A stretch of 39,239 bases of DNA from a virus. The stretch spans positions 90,081 to 129,319 of the IMG/VR virus record IMGVR_UViG_3300002925_000022. One strand, written 5' to 3'. Below are positions 7,802-17,493 of this stretch, piece by piece; the stretch's first letter is position 1, and each line of letters starts with the position of its first letter. A program made the position numbers and the translations under genes. The notes beneath the pieces are model-generated. The model saw nothing but the letters and a program-made list of their open reading frames with translations. It ran no database searches and was not told the DNA's origin.

Positions 7802-8072
7802 GGAGGCGAATGAACTTGCCGCATCCTACAAGGCTAGGGAAAAGCACAGACTGGTCCAAGAGATTGTCCGTGGGGGCTGCGGCATTTCCAACCCTCAGGA
7901 TGCTCTGATGACAACAGCTTTGTTCCGGCTACTCGCGGCGGAACTTGATCACGGCAGGAAGGGTGACCTTGATAAAGCCTGGAAATACATGAAGGTTGCC
8001 AAGAACCTGATTAGGTATAACCCGGAAGGCCTCCCATCTTGGGAGTGGAAGCCAGAGCCAGAAGAAGATTGA
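7770..8072 (+). CDS. hypothetical protein
   Basis: ORF 7725-8072; likely ATG at 7770 after AAGGAGG. Confidence 0.55.
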   Translation: MDVVKKQKELEEANELAASYKAREKHRLVQEIVRGGCGISNPQDALMTTALFRLLAAELDHGRKGDLDKAWKYMKVAKNLIRYNPEGLPSWEWKPEPEED

Positions 8073-8185
8073 AGAATCGGGCGCAATCAAGGTTGTTTAG
8101 GCGTGCGGCCGAGAAATAATTTCTCGACCCCCCTTGTCATGTTTTGAGTTATGTTTATCTTCTTGATCAGAAAGGAAAACGAAAC

Positions 8186-8521
8186 ATGAGCCGAACCAAG
8201 AGCCCCGAAGCCGTCGAACTTGAGAACCTTACCACGAAAATCAGGGCTAACCTTCTTACCAGCCCCACATGGGTTGAACGGGCGATCCTGGTGCTCTATG
8301 AATGCCAGACCTCGGATGAACAGGTTGCCGAAGCAACCAGCCACCACAACAATAGCGGGTTCACCTCGGCGGATGCACGCCGAATGAGCTTCGTCGCCAA
8401 GTTCCTCCTGGAGGGGAGGCACTTGACCCGCGAGAAGGCGTTGGGCGTGTATGGCCCCCGACTCCAGAAGTATGCAAAACAGCTTGCTAGAATTGCGATG
8501 TCGAAGAAAGCTGCGAACTGA
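8186..8521 (+). CDS. hypothetical protein, paralogue of 7009-7374
   Basis: RBS AAAGGA; RAILVLYECQTSDE...TSHHNNSGFT motif. Confidence 0.75.
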   Translation: MSRTKSPEAVELENLTTKIRANLLTSPTWVERAILVLYECQTSDEQVAEATSHHNNSGFTSADARRMSFVAKFLLEGRHLTREKALGVYGPRLQKYAKQLARIAMSKKAAN

Positions 8522-8656
8522 AGTAAGTGTGGGGGGATAAGCGAAAGGGGGTTGAAGCAAAGTATATCCTGGTTAGGGTTGAAACGAAGTCGCCGTTCTG
8601 AATACTTGTGGGCGACTCCAATACACCTTGCGATATCTGGCCCAAGTTAGGCGTTC

Positions 8657-9100
8657 ATGACTGTTTACCAATTTATCGTGTTTACTCTTTTGAACTTATA
8701 TCCTTATATGTCTGGCAATAATCGTGCCTGTATTGAAAGGAATCAAGTTCAGATAGCCTCGGTTCTTGAACGAGGCGAAAAGGCTTACGGGGTTCCCCCT
8801 TTGGTTCTGCTTTCGGTCGGATTTGCAGAGACACACCTTGGTTGCGATGCGGGCGAAGGAGGCAACTGGGGGGCTCCTATTAGCCGTTTTCAACGGCACA
8901 GGGCTGGGACACCTGTGCAGGCCGCACAAGCACTCCAAGCGTCTTATAGGGTCTGCGGGACGTGGTTGGGGGCCATTTCTAGGTTTCGTTCGGGGCTCTG
9001 CCGAATCCCTAGAAGGCTGGCCCACTATCCCCGGAATGTGGTTCGGTTGATGACCAGGATTTCAGAGAGGACGAATCAGCCTCTTCCAATTCAGGATTGA
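8657..9100 (+). CDS. lytic transglycosylase (SLT)-like protein with N-terminal hydrophobic segment
   Basis: AYGVPPLVLLSVGFAET (SLT motif I with Glu), QAAQALQ...GTWLGAISRF and YPRNVV C-terminal motif. Confidence 0.6.
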   Translation: MTVYQFIVFTLLNLYPYMSGNNRACIERNQVQIASVLERGEKAYGVPPLVLLSVGFAETHLGCDAGEGGNWGAPISRFQRHRAGTPVQAAQALQASYRVCGTWLGAISRFRSGLCRIPRRLAHYPRNVVRLMTRISERTNQPLPIQD

Positions 9101-9112
9101 CAATGATTTGAA

Positions 9113-9514
9113 TTGGATTATTTTCCTATCATGGATATTGTGGAACCTGTTGAAGTAATTACAGATAATGAGGGGCATACCCTGTTTATGAGTGTAGCCG
9201 GGATGGGGAGAACCCGTGCTTTGCTAAAAGCACTTTGCGAACAGGTTGGGGATTCAGAACAAATATGGGCGGTTGATCCTAACGGAGATATTGCTGGGGT
9301 AATGACCCTAAACCCGGATGGTTTACCAGAGACATTCCTGAAGTCACTGCAGGTGGTTAAGAAGGTAAGAGATCTTCCAGTGGAGTTCACAGGAGTTCTG
9401 GCAATTGACGATGGCCTGGGGTATTTCTCTTTGGTGGAAAATGAGGAATACTTCAAGAAGGTTCCACAAGTTGTTTTCTGTACTGTCGAAGTAAAGCCGA
9501 GTATCACTCTCTAA
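9113..9514 (+). CDS. hypothetical protein, degenerate P-loop-like
   Basis: SVAGMGRT (Walker A-like) and VLAIDD (Walker B-like), but only 133 aa. Confidence 0.5.
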   Translation: MDYFPIMDIVEPVEVITDNEGHTLFMSVAGMGRTRALLKALCEQVGDSEQIWAVDPNGDIAGVMTLNPDGLPETFLKSLQVVKKVRDLPVEFTGVLAIDDGLGYFSLVENEEYFKKVPQVVFCTVEVKPSITL

Positions 9515-9526
9515 GGAGTTCGTGAA

Positions 9527-9919
9527 ATGTCTGGCCAAGAGAAGTCAAATAAGAAGAAGAACCTGATTGTTCCGACAACTCCCATGTTTGCTTCGATCAT
9601 GGAACCGTTGGTCAAGAAGGCGGTCAAGAAGCTTTGTGTTGTAAAGCAAATTACGGGGCATGAAGGGAAATATATTGACGTGGTTCGAGAGGCTGCCTGG
9701 AATCAAGGTTCAGGTAACGAAAACCTGGAACCATGCAAACTCGCTGTAGGTACCATTGGGATGGTGGTCGGAATCGCAGAGCCTAAAACCATGCTGCGAT
9801 TTCTGGTGGTCTCACCCGATGATTCAAACGGGAAGATCAATCAGGATTCCATTTACCACGTCAATATCCTCAACCTAGAGTTTATGAGGGAGAAGGAGGA
9901 AGGAGAAGACAATGCTTAA
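9527..9919 (+). CDS. hypothetical protein
   Basis: RBS TAAGGAG; 130-aa ORF. Confidence 0.65.
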   Translation: MSGQEKSNKKKNLIVPTTPMFASIMEPLVKKAVKKLCVVKQITGHEGKYIDVVREAAWNQGSGNENLEPCKLAVGTIGMVVGIAEPKTMLRFLVVSPDDSNGKINQDSIYHVNILNLEFMREKEEGEDNA

Positions 9920-10086
9920 AGCAGTTGTTCTTGTGTTCACCATGATTTTACTGATGGTGGGGTCCGAGTACTGCAGGGATGAAGACTAAGAAAGGCCAAC
10001 CACAATTCAGTTCAAAGTTCTTTCAATTGTGCTATATTCCCACTGAAGAAAGGCCGGGGTTGTAAGAACCCGGACACAAGAAAACC

Positions 10087-10635
10087 ATGGATAAGAAGAC
10101 GCTTTGTGATGTTTTGACCAGCCTGAACAAGAACCAAATCATTGAAGTCCAATTGAGGGGTCGTCCGGCCCCTGAAAAGTATACTGTTTTGGAGTCCAGG
10201 AAGGGCCGTGGGAAGGGGGGCTCCAGGATTGCCACCCTAAAGCATGATGACGGAACCGTCATCACGGTGATCACCATTGGCACACCGAAACATCTTGATA
10301 TCCTGAACATTTCCGTGGATGGAAATTTCTACGGAGTCAAGAAAGAATGGCAGGAACTTCCCTCCTGTCCTGTGAATGATGAAATGTCTGTCAACTTCAA
10401 GACAACCGTTAAGACGGCATTGAACAAAGAAAACAATGTTCGCCTTCAAATCACTTCACCAGAACCCTACCTTAACGGGATCTTTCGAGTTGCAAATTCT
10501 CGAATTGAAAAGGGGAAACGTGGACAGCTTCATCTCTGGCTTGTCCCGGATGGGCAAGAAATGACCCCAGAGAACACTATCGAACTCTACAGTCATCGTC
10601 ATTCTGGTCTAATCCAAACCTTTCAAGTCCTCTAA
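10087..10635 (+). CDS. hypothetical protein (two internally similar beta-rich halves)
   Basis: 182-aa ORF; ESRKGRGKGG and NSRIEKGKRG segments recur. Confidence 0.65.
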   Translation: MDKKTLCDVLTSLNKNQIIEVQLRGRPAPEKYTVLESRKGRGKGGSRIATLKHDDGTVITVITIGTPKHLDILNISVDGNFYGVKKEWQELPSCPVNDEMSVNFKTTVKTALNKENNVRLQITSPEPYLNGIFRVANSRIEKGKRGQLHLWLVPDGQEMTPENTIELYSHRHSGLIQTFQVL

Positions 10636-11294
10636 AGCCCGGCATCAACCTGAATAGGGTTGATGATCCTTTGTCCAGGCCTTGCTACACGTTCAAACTC
10701 CTGAATGTCCAGGGGTTGAATCTCAAAAGTTGGAATTAGACCTGCGGTAGCTTGATCCTCTCTATAGACGAGGTTGGGATTCATCACGGCCAACCCTCTT
10801 CCGACAGGGCTGCAATCGTCCCTTTCCTCGTCGATCCGGCAAATATGTTGCATCCCAAGAGCATGGCCAACCTCATGCATCAAGGCGGTCCTGAACTCCA
10901 AATTGCCATGCGTACATCTCGGGTCAATCTCAATATGTGACTCGCCGGTCAATTCATTTGTCATATACCGTGCAGTTCCGTTGATACGACAGTCTCCAGT
11001 TCTACCGGTTGTCTGGACCGCATTGACCACTCTAATAGAGTTCTCACCGTTTCCTCCTAGGACAAAGGTTGGTCCAAGCCTGTTAAGTTCTGGAAGGATC
11101 AATCGAACTTGTTCCGTCTGGAGGCGAGAGAACCCACCTGGACCATCCGCAAGATGAATGTGGACAGTGCCCCATTTTGCAGGATTATGGTGGTTTGGTC
11201 TACGAAATACCAGGCTCGCCGTCAAAACAAATAATCCTGCTACTCCAAAAGAAATACCAAAGTAAAACAACATCTTCTTCAATCCCGGATTCAT
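10632..11294 (-). CDS. membrane-anchored metzincin (matrixin/M10-like) zinc metallopeptidase
   Basis: HEVGHALGMQH (HExxHxxGxxH) plus Met-turn AVMNP; N-terminal TM helix; probable start MNPGLKK at 11294, preceded by TACTTA. Confidence 0.8.
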   Translation of the reverse strand: MNPGLKKMLFYFGISFGVAGLFVLTASLVFRRPNHHNPAKWGTVHIHLADGPGGFSRLQTEQVRLILPELNRLGPTFVLGGNGENSIRVVNAVQTTGRTGDCRINGTARYMTNELTGESHIEIDPRCTHGNLEFRTALMHEVGHALGMQHICRIDEERDDCSPVGRGLAVMNPNLVYREDQATAGLIPTFEIQPLDIQEFERVARPGQRIINPIQVDAGL

Positions 11295-11343
11295 GTTTTG
11301 ACAATTCCCAGGACAAAATACCTTTTGATAAGTATAATCTAAA

Positions 11344-11639
11344 AGCAAGGGTGCGGTAAGGGCTGCCAAGGGTTTGATGGGGATCATTCCGGGTTCAATG
11401 GGAAACAAGGGCTTTATTGTTCGTGGCCTTGGGAATCCAGACACCTTTGACTCTTGTTTTCATAGAACAGGGCGTACGATGTCCAGGACGGCCGCCAAGA
11501 AACTGTTCGCGGTGGAGGAACACAAGATGGCAACAGAAGACATTGAGTATCGTAAGGACGAAGATGTTATTGATGAGACTCCAGCAGCTTACAAGAACAT
11601 TGTCATACACTCCGACAGGTTGTATGTGTGAAAGGGTAA
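11344..11639 (+). pseudogene. rtcB: RtcB RNA ligase 3' fragment
   Basis: KGAVRA...GIIPGSMG...FIVRGLGN...SCFHRTGRTMSRTAAKK...RKDEDVIDETPAAYK, then in a shifted frame HTLRQVVCVKG*, matching the RtcB C-terminus. The N-terminal part is absent. Confidence 0.85.
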
Positions 11640-11735
11640 ACGGGTTCATCTTATCTCAGAATAATTGATCATGAACAACAGTGTCATTTCAGGTCATTTC
11701 TGAATATGAGTTCTACCCCGGTTGCATTGTTTCAA

Positions 11736-12359
11736 TCACTCCAACTCACACCAGGCCTCTGAAATCAGAGTTTTCAGGTTCTTCTTCAGCTTGGCAAGCC
11801 TTGGATTTAGTATTGACCGTTTCCGTGCTGGTTGCGATTGGGGTGCAGACTGAATCTTTGTTTCTTTCTTGTCCGTGAAGAGAACATCAAGCAGTTCCCT
11901 TTCGTTCACTACGGGATTCGGTTTGGAAGTTGGTTTGATAATCGAGGAAAACTCGTCCTCTGCACCAACCGCTTCCTGAAGGTCTTCCACGGAAACTTTC
12001 GTTCCTTTCGTTAGAATTGGAACAGCTTCAACCTTGACTTCTCTTTCAAAAACGAGACCAACGGTTACAGGATTGAACCACCGGCTCCCAACAATAACTT
12101 CAAGCTGTCCGGTGTAGTCAACTCCTTCCTGAAACAAACCTTGCAGATCAGGAATGATAACACCAACGATATCACCTTCAAGTTGTTTCATAGGAAAGCC
12201 TACAGATATTCCCGTTTTCGCATCCGTAATCACAAACCGGAGAGTAGGTTGGACGGTTGTTGGGTCTGAAGTTGAACCCTTGATAGAGAGCATAAATTTC
12301 AGATCGTTCTGTTCTCCGAGCTTAACTCTCATCTTCGGGATCTTTGTCTGTTCTGTCAT
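11736..12359 (-). CDS. putative virion-associated protein
   Basis: 207-aa ORF in the late-type cluster; beta-rich N-domain; C-terminal LKTLISE motif. Confidence 0.6.
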   Translation of the reverse strand: MTEQTKIPKMRVKLGEQNDLKFMLSIKGSTSDPTTVQPTLRFVITDAKTGISVGFPMKQLEGDIVGVIIPDLQGLFQEGVDYTGQLEVIVGSRWFNPVTVGLVFEREVKVEAVPILTKGTKVSVEDLQEAVGAEDEFSSIIKPTSKPNPVVNERELLDVLFTDKKETKIQSAPQSQPARKRSILNPRLAKLKKNLKTLISEAWCELE

Positions 12360-12936
12360 TGGTCACCAATGGTTCCATCGTAAATATCGCGGAACCCTTG
12401 TTCTTTGTTGCAACCAAACGAAGTTCCCCTAAGCTCCCAGTTAGGACCATGGCTTCCATAAGCAAATCATCCTTTCCAAATAGACTGCCAATTACCCGGT
12501 ATTCCTCTTCGTAAGAATCCAGTAAGGTTCCTTCTATTTCTGGGAGAGTATCCCCTTCAATCACACCTTCGGAGTCAATCTTGCAGCCAATAAGTGCCGT
12601 AGCGAGGGGGATGGAACGAACCTCATAAGGGTCATCTACTACGGTGTTCTGGGTTGGTTTTGCTTGGATGATGGTTTCATCGTCTTCAGCGGCGAAGCGA
12701 ATCTCTTTGACGGTGTGGTCAAGGTCATATCCATTAACTGAAATGGGCTGTGCTTGAACAAAAACGGATAGGAAGTTTCTTTTCCGGTGTTTTTCTTCTT
12801 CCTCTCTCGTTCTCCTGCCTAACCAGTAAGCTGGACGCTGTTCAATGAAGGGAAACTTACAGATGTTGTGACCATCATACAGATAACATGAGTCATCATA
12901 GATGACCCCTGGTTCGTCATACGTGATGGTACTCAT
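12322..12936 (-). CDS. hypothetical (probable virion) protein
   Basis: N-terminal TYDEPGVIYDD...YDG motif; overlaps the downstream gene. Confidence 0.6.
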   Translation of the reverse strand: MSTITYDEPGVIYDDSCYLYDGHNICKFPFIEQRPAYWLGRRTREEEEKHRKRNFLSVFVQAQPISVNGYDLDHTVKEIRFAAEDDETIIQAKPTQNTVVDDPYEVRSIPLATALIGCKIDSEGVIEGDTLPEIEGTLLDSYEEEYRVIGSLFGKDDLLMEAMVLTGSLGELRLVATKNKGSAIFTMEPLVTNDRTDKDPEDES

Positions 12937-13197
12937 CAGGGTTTACCCCAAAGTATTCTTTAGCGTTTCTTCACAACCAAACCAAAGTCCGGTTGACGCA
13001 CGCTTCCCTTTTGCAGTTTTCACTGCAGCAAGCTTGAAGGTGGAACTAAAAGGTGGTTGATTTTTAATTCTTCCTTCAATCCGCTTCTTCTGGTTGATTC
13101 CTGCCGGTGGCATAAAGGTATTGTTTGTGGGAAGGCACATACCCCTAACTATGAGGGGTATTGGTCCCTCAGCAACCATGAAGATTCATGATATCTT

Positions 13198-14631
13198 TTA
13201 GAATTGGGTAAATACAAACACAATGTCAAACGTGCCTGCCGTAGAGTTCACGGTGTGTTTCAGGTGTATTCCCTGTCCTGGCCTAAGCAAAATTGCCTTG
13301 GTGCCTGGAGTTCGTTGAGCAAGCCATATAGGAAAGCTGTTCTGGAAAGCATGGTCGCGGCCTTCCAAATCCGCAGGTCCACCAACTACCCACTCATCGC
13401 TACTCCAGAGCCAACGAGCCAGAGAAACGTTTTCGCCTGCTATCGTAGCACCCGTTCTTGCTGTCACACCAACGTCCAAAGAATCGGCTGTATCATAGGG
13501 TAAAGGAGTCAAAAGTGTGCCCGCACTATGTCCTGTAATCCTGAAGAGTTCAAATGTTGAAATAATCCCGGTTATGGCCGTGGTTCGGACGTTGATGATG
13601 TATACCTCTTTCAGTTGAAGGAAGGAAGATAGACTTCCATTCAACAGGGACAGCATTGACTTGTTGAAGCCAATAACCGTGTTTATCGCTCGAACAACAA
13701 AGGTTTTCTCCTCTTGCTGGCTAATCACCAAAGAACCGGAGTTGTTTGTTCTAACTGATAGAGCTGTGCTGCCACTCACTCCTCCGACAATCGCAATCCT
13801 TGAAGGGATTGTTCCTCCTGGAGAGGCATCAAAAGTAGAGTCAGCAATGCCAACAGAACCCGTTACTGTTACCGTGTTGGGGACAGTGATAGACCCTGTA
13901 ATCGTTGGGATCCCAGATATTGATACAGAACCGACAATGGAGGCAGTGTTGAAAACCTGGACAATTTGCCTTCCAGAGTTATCTGAAAGAAGTGGTCGAA
14001 GAATTCCGGAACCATCAACAGCACCTTCGAGAGAAGCCGTAGAAGGAGCCGTTGAACTTGTCCCGGAAACATTCGGTGAACCAGCAACCGTGGCATTAAC
14101 ATTCAATTTGCCATTTGCATCAACCGAAAGAGCCCTCATCACCACGGAACCAGCATCGTAACCTCCAATGAAGATTGCCCTGGATGGTGGTGCCGATCCT
14201 GTAATCCCCTCTGCCGGGTCCGTGAAGGCCACATTCACAGTGTTCAACACCGAAACCGAACCCGTCACCGTAGAAGTCCCTGAGATGCCCACAGACCCCG
14301 TGACGGTTACCGTATTGGGTACAGTGATCGAACCCGTTACCGTTGGGATACCCGTGATTCCAACGGTTCCTGTCACAGACTGTGTTGCAGGGAAGTTGGC
14401 AACTCCCACGGACCCCGTGATGGTTATCGTGTTGGGCACAGTAAGCGATCCTGTAACCCTGAGGGAACCAAAGGAATCTAGGGATATAAAACTAGCCGTT
14501 CCATCGTTCTGTAACCCTGCAATTAGAATGCCTTTCGTTCCTGCGGGAACGGCAACACCACCCGAGACCTCCATAAGATTCTCGGAACTGTCTATAAGGA
14601 TGACGTTTGGGGTCTGGTCCGATATGGGCAC
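13198..14631 (-). CDS. putative tail fibre/virion structural protein with VTGS repeats
   Basis: 477 aa, V/T/G/S-rich; repeated TGSxTVPNTVTVTGSVG units. Confidence 0.7.
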   Translation of the reverse strand: MPISDQTPNVILIDSSENLMEVSGGVAVPAGTKGILIAGLQNDGTASFISLDSFGSLRVTGSLTVPNTITITGSVGVANFPATQSVTGTVGITGIPTVTGSITVPNTVTVTGSVGISGTSTVTGSVSVLNTVNVAFTDPAEGITGSAPPSRAIFIGGYDAGSVVMRALSVDANGKLNVNATVAGSPNVSGTSSTAPSTASLEGAVDGSGILRPLLSDNSGRQIVQVFNTASIVGSVSISGIPTITGSITVPNTVTVTGSVGIADSTFDASPGGTIPSRIAIVGGVSGSTALSVRTNNSGSLVISQQEEKTFVVRAINTVIGFNKSMLSLLNGSLSSFLQLKEVYIINVRTTAITGIISTFELFRITGHSAGTLLTPLPYDTADSLDVGVTARTGATIAGENVSLARWLWSSDEWVVGGPADLEGRDHAFQNSFPIWLAQRTPGTKAILLRPGQGIHLKHTVNSTAGTFDIVFVFTQF

Positions 14632-14979
14632 GTTGAACTCCAGGTTAAAGAAACAGAAAGAACATAGGTAATTAGGTTTGTGACCGTTGCCTGTACCACT
14701 TAGTTCTTTTCAAACCCGTTGTTATGGCCGAGTTGCTTCCAACAACGTCCACACCTTATGGATATTTCTGCTTCTCTTCCCGCTTATCCCTCTCTTCCAT
14801 GGTGGATCCTTCCATGACCCGGTGCGCGACAATCCACGCTGTTTAGAACGGCGTGGAAGTCAACACGGCAACATGTAACTCCATTAGCAAAGAAGAGACA
14901 TGTGCCTTCCCCCGTTCTTTGAACTCATTGGCATGGGTGTTGAGAATGAAGGAACACAACGGGGGAGGTTTTATAGGGT

Positions 14980-15705
14980 CTATGGATAGAACTCAGTTAC
15001 AAGGGCATTTCCAGTTGTGTTGGAAGTCCAGATTGCGTAGATTGGGCCAGTGAAATTCTTTGGAACTTCCAGGTAACCACCGGCTGCTACTTTAATCGAA
15101 AAGTTGTTGGTTGCATTCACAGTTCCAGAACCATAGAGCACTGCCATGGGCTTGTTCGTATTGTTGTAGATTGTCACTCCACGACGTGTCTGTGAAGCAG
15201 AAGGGATCAGAGCGACCACGGAGGTAGTCGCTGGAATTGCTGTAATAAAGCTTCCAGTGTGGACTGCATTCTCAACAAACACTGGAGCTGTGGAACCTGT
15301 TCCAAGAACCTTGGTTCCGTCAGTCAAACTCATGTACCAAGACTGACCAATTGAACCAGAGTTGCCCTGGTTGACGGTTGGTTGGTTGCCGATCGAAATA
15401 GTACCAGTAACCGTCAGTGTGTTCGAAGCGGATATAAAAACAGGCAGAGCGCCTGAAACATTTGTAAGCCCCTGGAGTGCTACTGTCCCTGTTACAGTCG
15501 TCACTCCTCCTAGAATGGTGGTAAAGGATCCAGTAATATGAAGGGTTCCATCTGGTTCGGTCTTCAAGTACGAAGCCGTACCTGTTGTGGTCATACCGGC
15601 AAATAGAAGAGCAGACGTGCTTACGGGCACAGCAATACCGCCCGTAACGGCCATTTGAATACCATTGACATCATAAAGAATGGACGATGGGCTTTCGTAA
15701 GACAT
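14980..15705 (-). CDS. putative virion structural protein, N-terminus paralogous to 13198-14631
   Basis: PSSILYD...MAVTGGIAVP...LFAG...GTASY...LHITGSFT aligns with the neighbour's N-terminus; TACTTA upstream. Confidence 0.7.
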   Translation of the reverse strand: MSYESPSSILYDVNGIQMAVTGGIAVPVSTSALLFAGMTTTGTASYLKTEPDGTLHITGSFTTILGGVTTVTGTVALQGLTNVSGALPVFISASNTLTVTGTISIGNQPTVNQGNSGSIGQSWYMSLTDGTKVLGTGSTAPVFVENAVHTGSFITAIPATTSVVALIPSASQTRRGVTIYNNTNKPMAVLYGSGTVNATNNFSIKVAAGGYLEVPKNFTGPIYAIWTSNTTGNALVTEFYP

Positions 15706-15754
15706 GAGTTATTCCTGTTGTATTAAGTATTTTGCATGCAATACATTTACCACT

Positions 15755-16225
15755 TTATGTAATCGTTCTGGTCCTCGATACCTCAAAAGGTCCGTTCAGA
15801 GTCTTGGTGTCAGTGATTTTTCTTTTCACAATATTAGAAGGAGAACCATCATAAAGGAAAAGCTCCACTTTGATGATATTCTTTTTGGAATCGTAAGTGT
15901 ATTTCTTCTCTACCAGCTTTACAGTAGCTCCGATGTTGGCGTACCAAATGATATTGGTCGGGAAAGGCTGTCCAATGATATCTCTTCTGACACCCTGTCC
16001 GTGTTCCGTCTGTGTCATCAGGAGAAGGGTAACAATATAGTCAAGAGAAGTGTTGACTGAAGAAAAGTTTACGCCAACCTTGGCCTGAACAGCGGCCATG
16101 GAGTCATTGATGTTATCGTGTTGAGTAGAGTGCCGAAGACGAGGGTCTGAACCAGTGGCATCTAATTTTGTGGTTGCCCCCGGATTCAAGAAGGTATCGA
16201 GTGTTGTCGGGAAGGTTGTTGACAT
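15755..16225 (-). CDS. putative virion/tail-associated protein
   Basis: TTFPTTLD...HSTQHDNINDSMAAVQAKVG motif typical of phage tail-protein N-termini; TATTTA upstream. Confidence 0.65.
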   Translation of the reverse strand: MSTTFPTTLDTFLNPGATTKLDATGSDPRLRHSTQHDNINDSMAAVQAKVGVNFSSVNTSLDYIVTLLLMTQTEHGQGVRRDIIGQPFPTNIIWYANIGATVKLVEKKYTYDSKKNIIKVELFLYDGSPSNIVKRKITDTKTLNGPFEVSRTRTIT

Positions 16226-16299
16226 GTCTTAACCCTGTGTTCTTCACTAAATAGACTTTCCTTGCTGCCTGGGCAAATAAGGCTTTGCATCGTTCTAAC

Positions 16300-16327
16300 T
16301 TGACTGTCTTCTTATCGGCATTATACT
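16300..16327 (+). promoter_or_regulatory. sigma70-like promoter TTGACT-N16-TATACT
   Basis: Near-consensus hexamers upstream of the RBS AAGGA and ATG 16347. Confidence 0.6.
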
Positions 16328-16346
16328 CCTTCCAAGAAGGAAAATA

Positions 16347-17114
16347 ATGCGTCGAACAGCCTTTGTCCAAAAGTTGAATGTGCGGTACACCGGTTGGTGG
16401 AGTGCCAGTTGTGCTTCTGCTGCTAACGGGTTCGACCGGCTCGGTTATAATGTGCAAGCTTTTCAATCGGATAAAATTGAAGAGTTGCCGTTGGCAAAGA
16501 CACGCCCGGTCCGAGGTTCAATTTACTCCGTTAGGAAGGCCCTGGAACTCTTAGGTGTTCCTCAGCCTGAGAACATAGATATTCCAGACGTTCTAAAGCC
16601 CTTTGCGGGACGGGAAATTTGGGGAAGCACCATGGGAACTGTCCGAAAGAAGAAAGAAAGGGTATTTATCAAACCCCTTTTGATTCAAAAGGGGTTTGAA
16701 GGACATATCTTTAACTCCAACAAGGAGAGATCTTTCACCCGCGAACTGCCAAGAAACTATAAGGTTTTGTGTCAGGAACCGGTAAAGTGGATCAAGGAGT
16801 GGCGGGTTTACATACTCCATGGGAAGATTGTCCGGGTATGCCATTACGACAATTTCCCGTTGCCTACTGGATGGACTTATAAGAAAATGTACAACCTAAG
16901 GCCAGATTACAGTACTATCCGCAAGATGCTGTCAGCTCTTGGTAAGAAAGCACCTGCCGGGTTTGCACTGGATGTGGGTGTGATGAAGGACAAGAAAGGA
17001 ACTTTTCTCGTTGAAATGAACGATGGCTTCTCCATCGGGAACTACGGAATCCACGATGTAACTTTTGCCAAGATCATCGAAGCTCGTTGGAAAGAACTTG
17101 TAAACCGGAAGTGA
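16347..17114 (+). CDS. ATP-grasp protein, R2K clade (DUF4343-like)
   Basis: VFIKP...KGFEG, EWRVYI, FALDVG and LVEMNDGFSIGNYG motifs. Confidence 0.8.
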   Translation: MRRTAFVQKLNVRYTGWWSASCASAANGFDRLGYNVQAFQSDKIEELPLAKTRPVRGSIYSVRKALELLGVPQPENIDIPDVLKPFAGREIWGSTMGTVRKKKERVFIKPLLIQKGFEGHIFNSNKERSFTRELPRNYKVLCQEPVKWIKEWRVYILHGKIVRVCHYDNFPLPTGWTYKKMYNLRPDYSTIRKMLSALGKKAPAGFALDVGVMKDKKGTFLVEMNDGFSIGNYGIHDVTFAKIIEARWKELVNRK

Positions 17115-17127
17115 CCAAGGAACAAAC

Positions 17128-17481
17128 ATGTTTCCTCTAATACATCCTCTCAAAGTACAAGTATCGAAAATGAAAGAAAAAGAATTTGCCCAGAAGATTA
17201 AGAAGGATCCGAACTATGTCCCCCAGAACGGTCACCTGATCTATACGTTTGACCCTGATAACCTGGAAGATCCCCCAACCATTGCCATGGTTATCCGTCA
17301 AGCCACACGAGAGGATAAAATCAAATACGTCCAGGAGTTGCAAACCAAGCTCGCCCCCGGCCAAGAACTAGAGGAAAAAACTCTAATGGCCTGGTTCAAG
17401 GATATTCAGTACTTGTGCTTGGAAGGCGAGGAAATCACCTTAATTTCCCCTGAATTCATTGCAGGACAGGTTCTTCAATAA
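17128..17481 (+). CDS. hypothetical protein
   Basis: 117-aa ORF following the ATP-grasp gene. Confidence 0.55.
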   Translation: MFPLIHPLKVQVSKMKEKEFAQKIKKDPNYVPQNGHLIYTFDPDNLEDPPTIAMVIRQATREDKIKYVQELQTKLAPGQELEEKTLMAWFKDIQYLCLEGEEITLISPEFIAGQVLQ

Positions 17482-17493
17482 GTCCAGTCCAGC

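Noticed and set aside
9113-9514. Functional P-loop NTPase
   Set aside because: Walker A lacks the conserved Lys (GRT) and first Gly, and the ORF is short; kept only as a hypothetical.
11295-11444. N-terminal extension of the metzincin ORF
   Set aside because: It is the antisense of the rtcB fragment; a better start at 11294 follows TACTTA and precedes the TM helix.
13661-14671. Plus-strand ORFs of 166-167 aa
   Set aside because: Antisense shadows of the repetitive tail-fibre-like gene.
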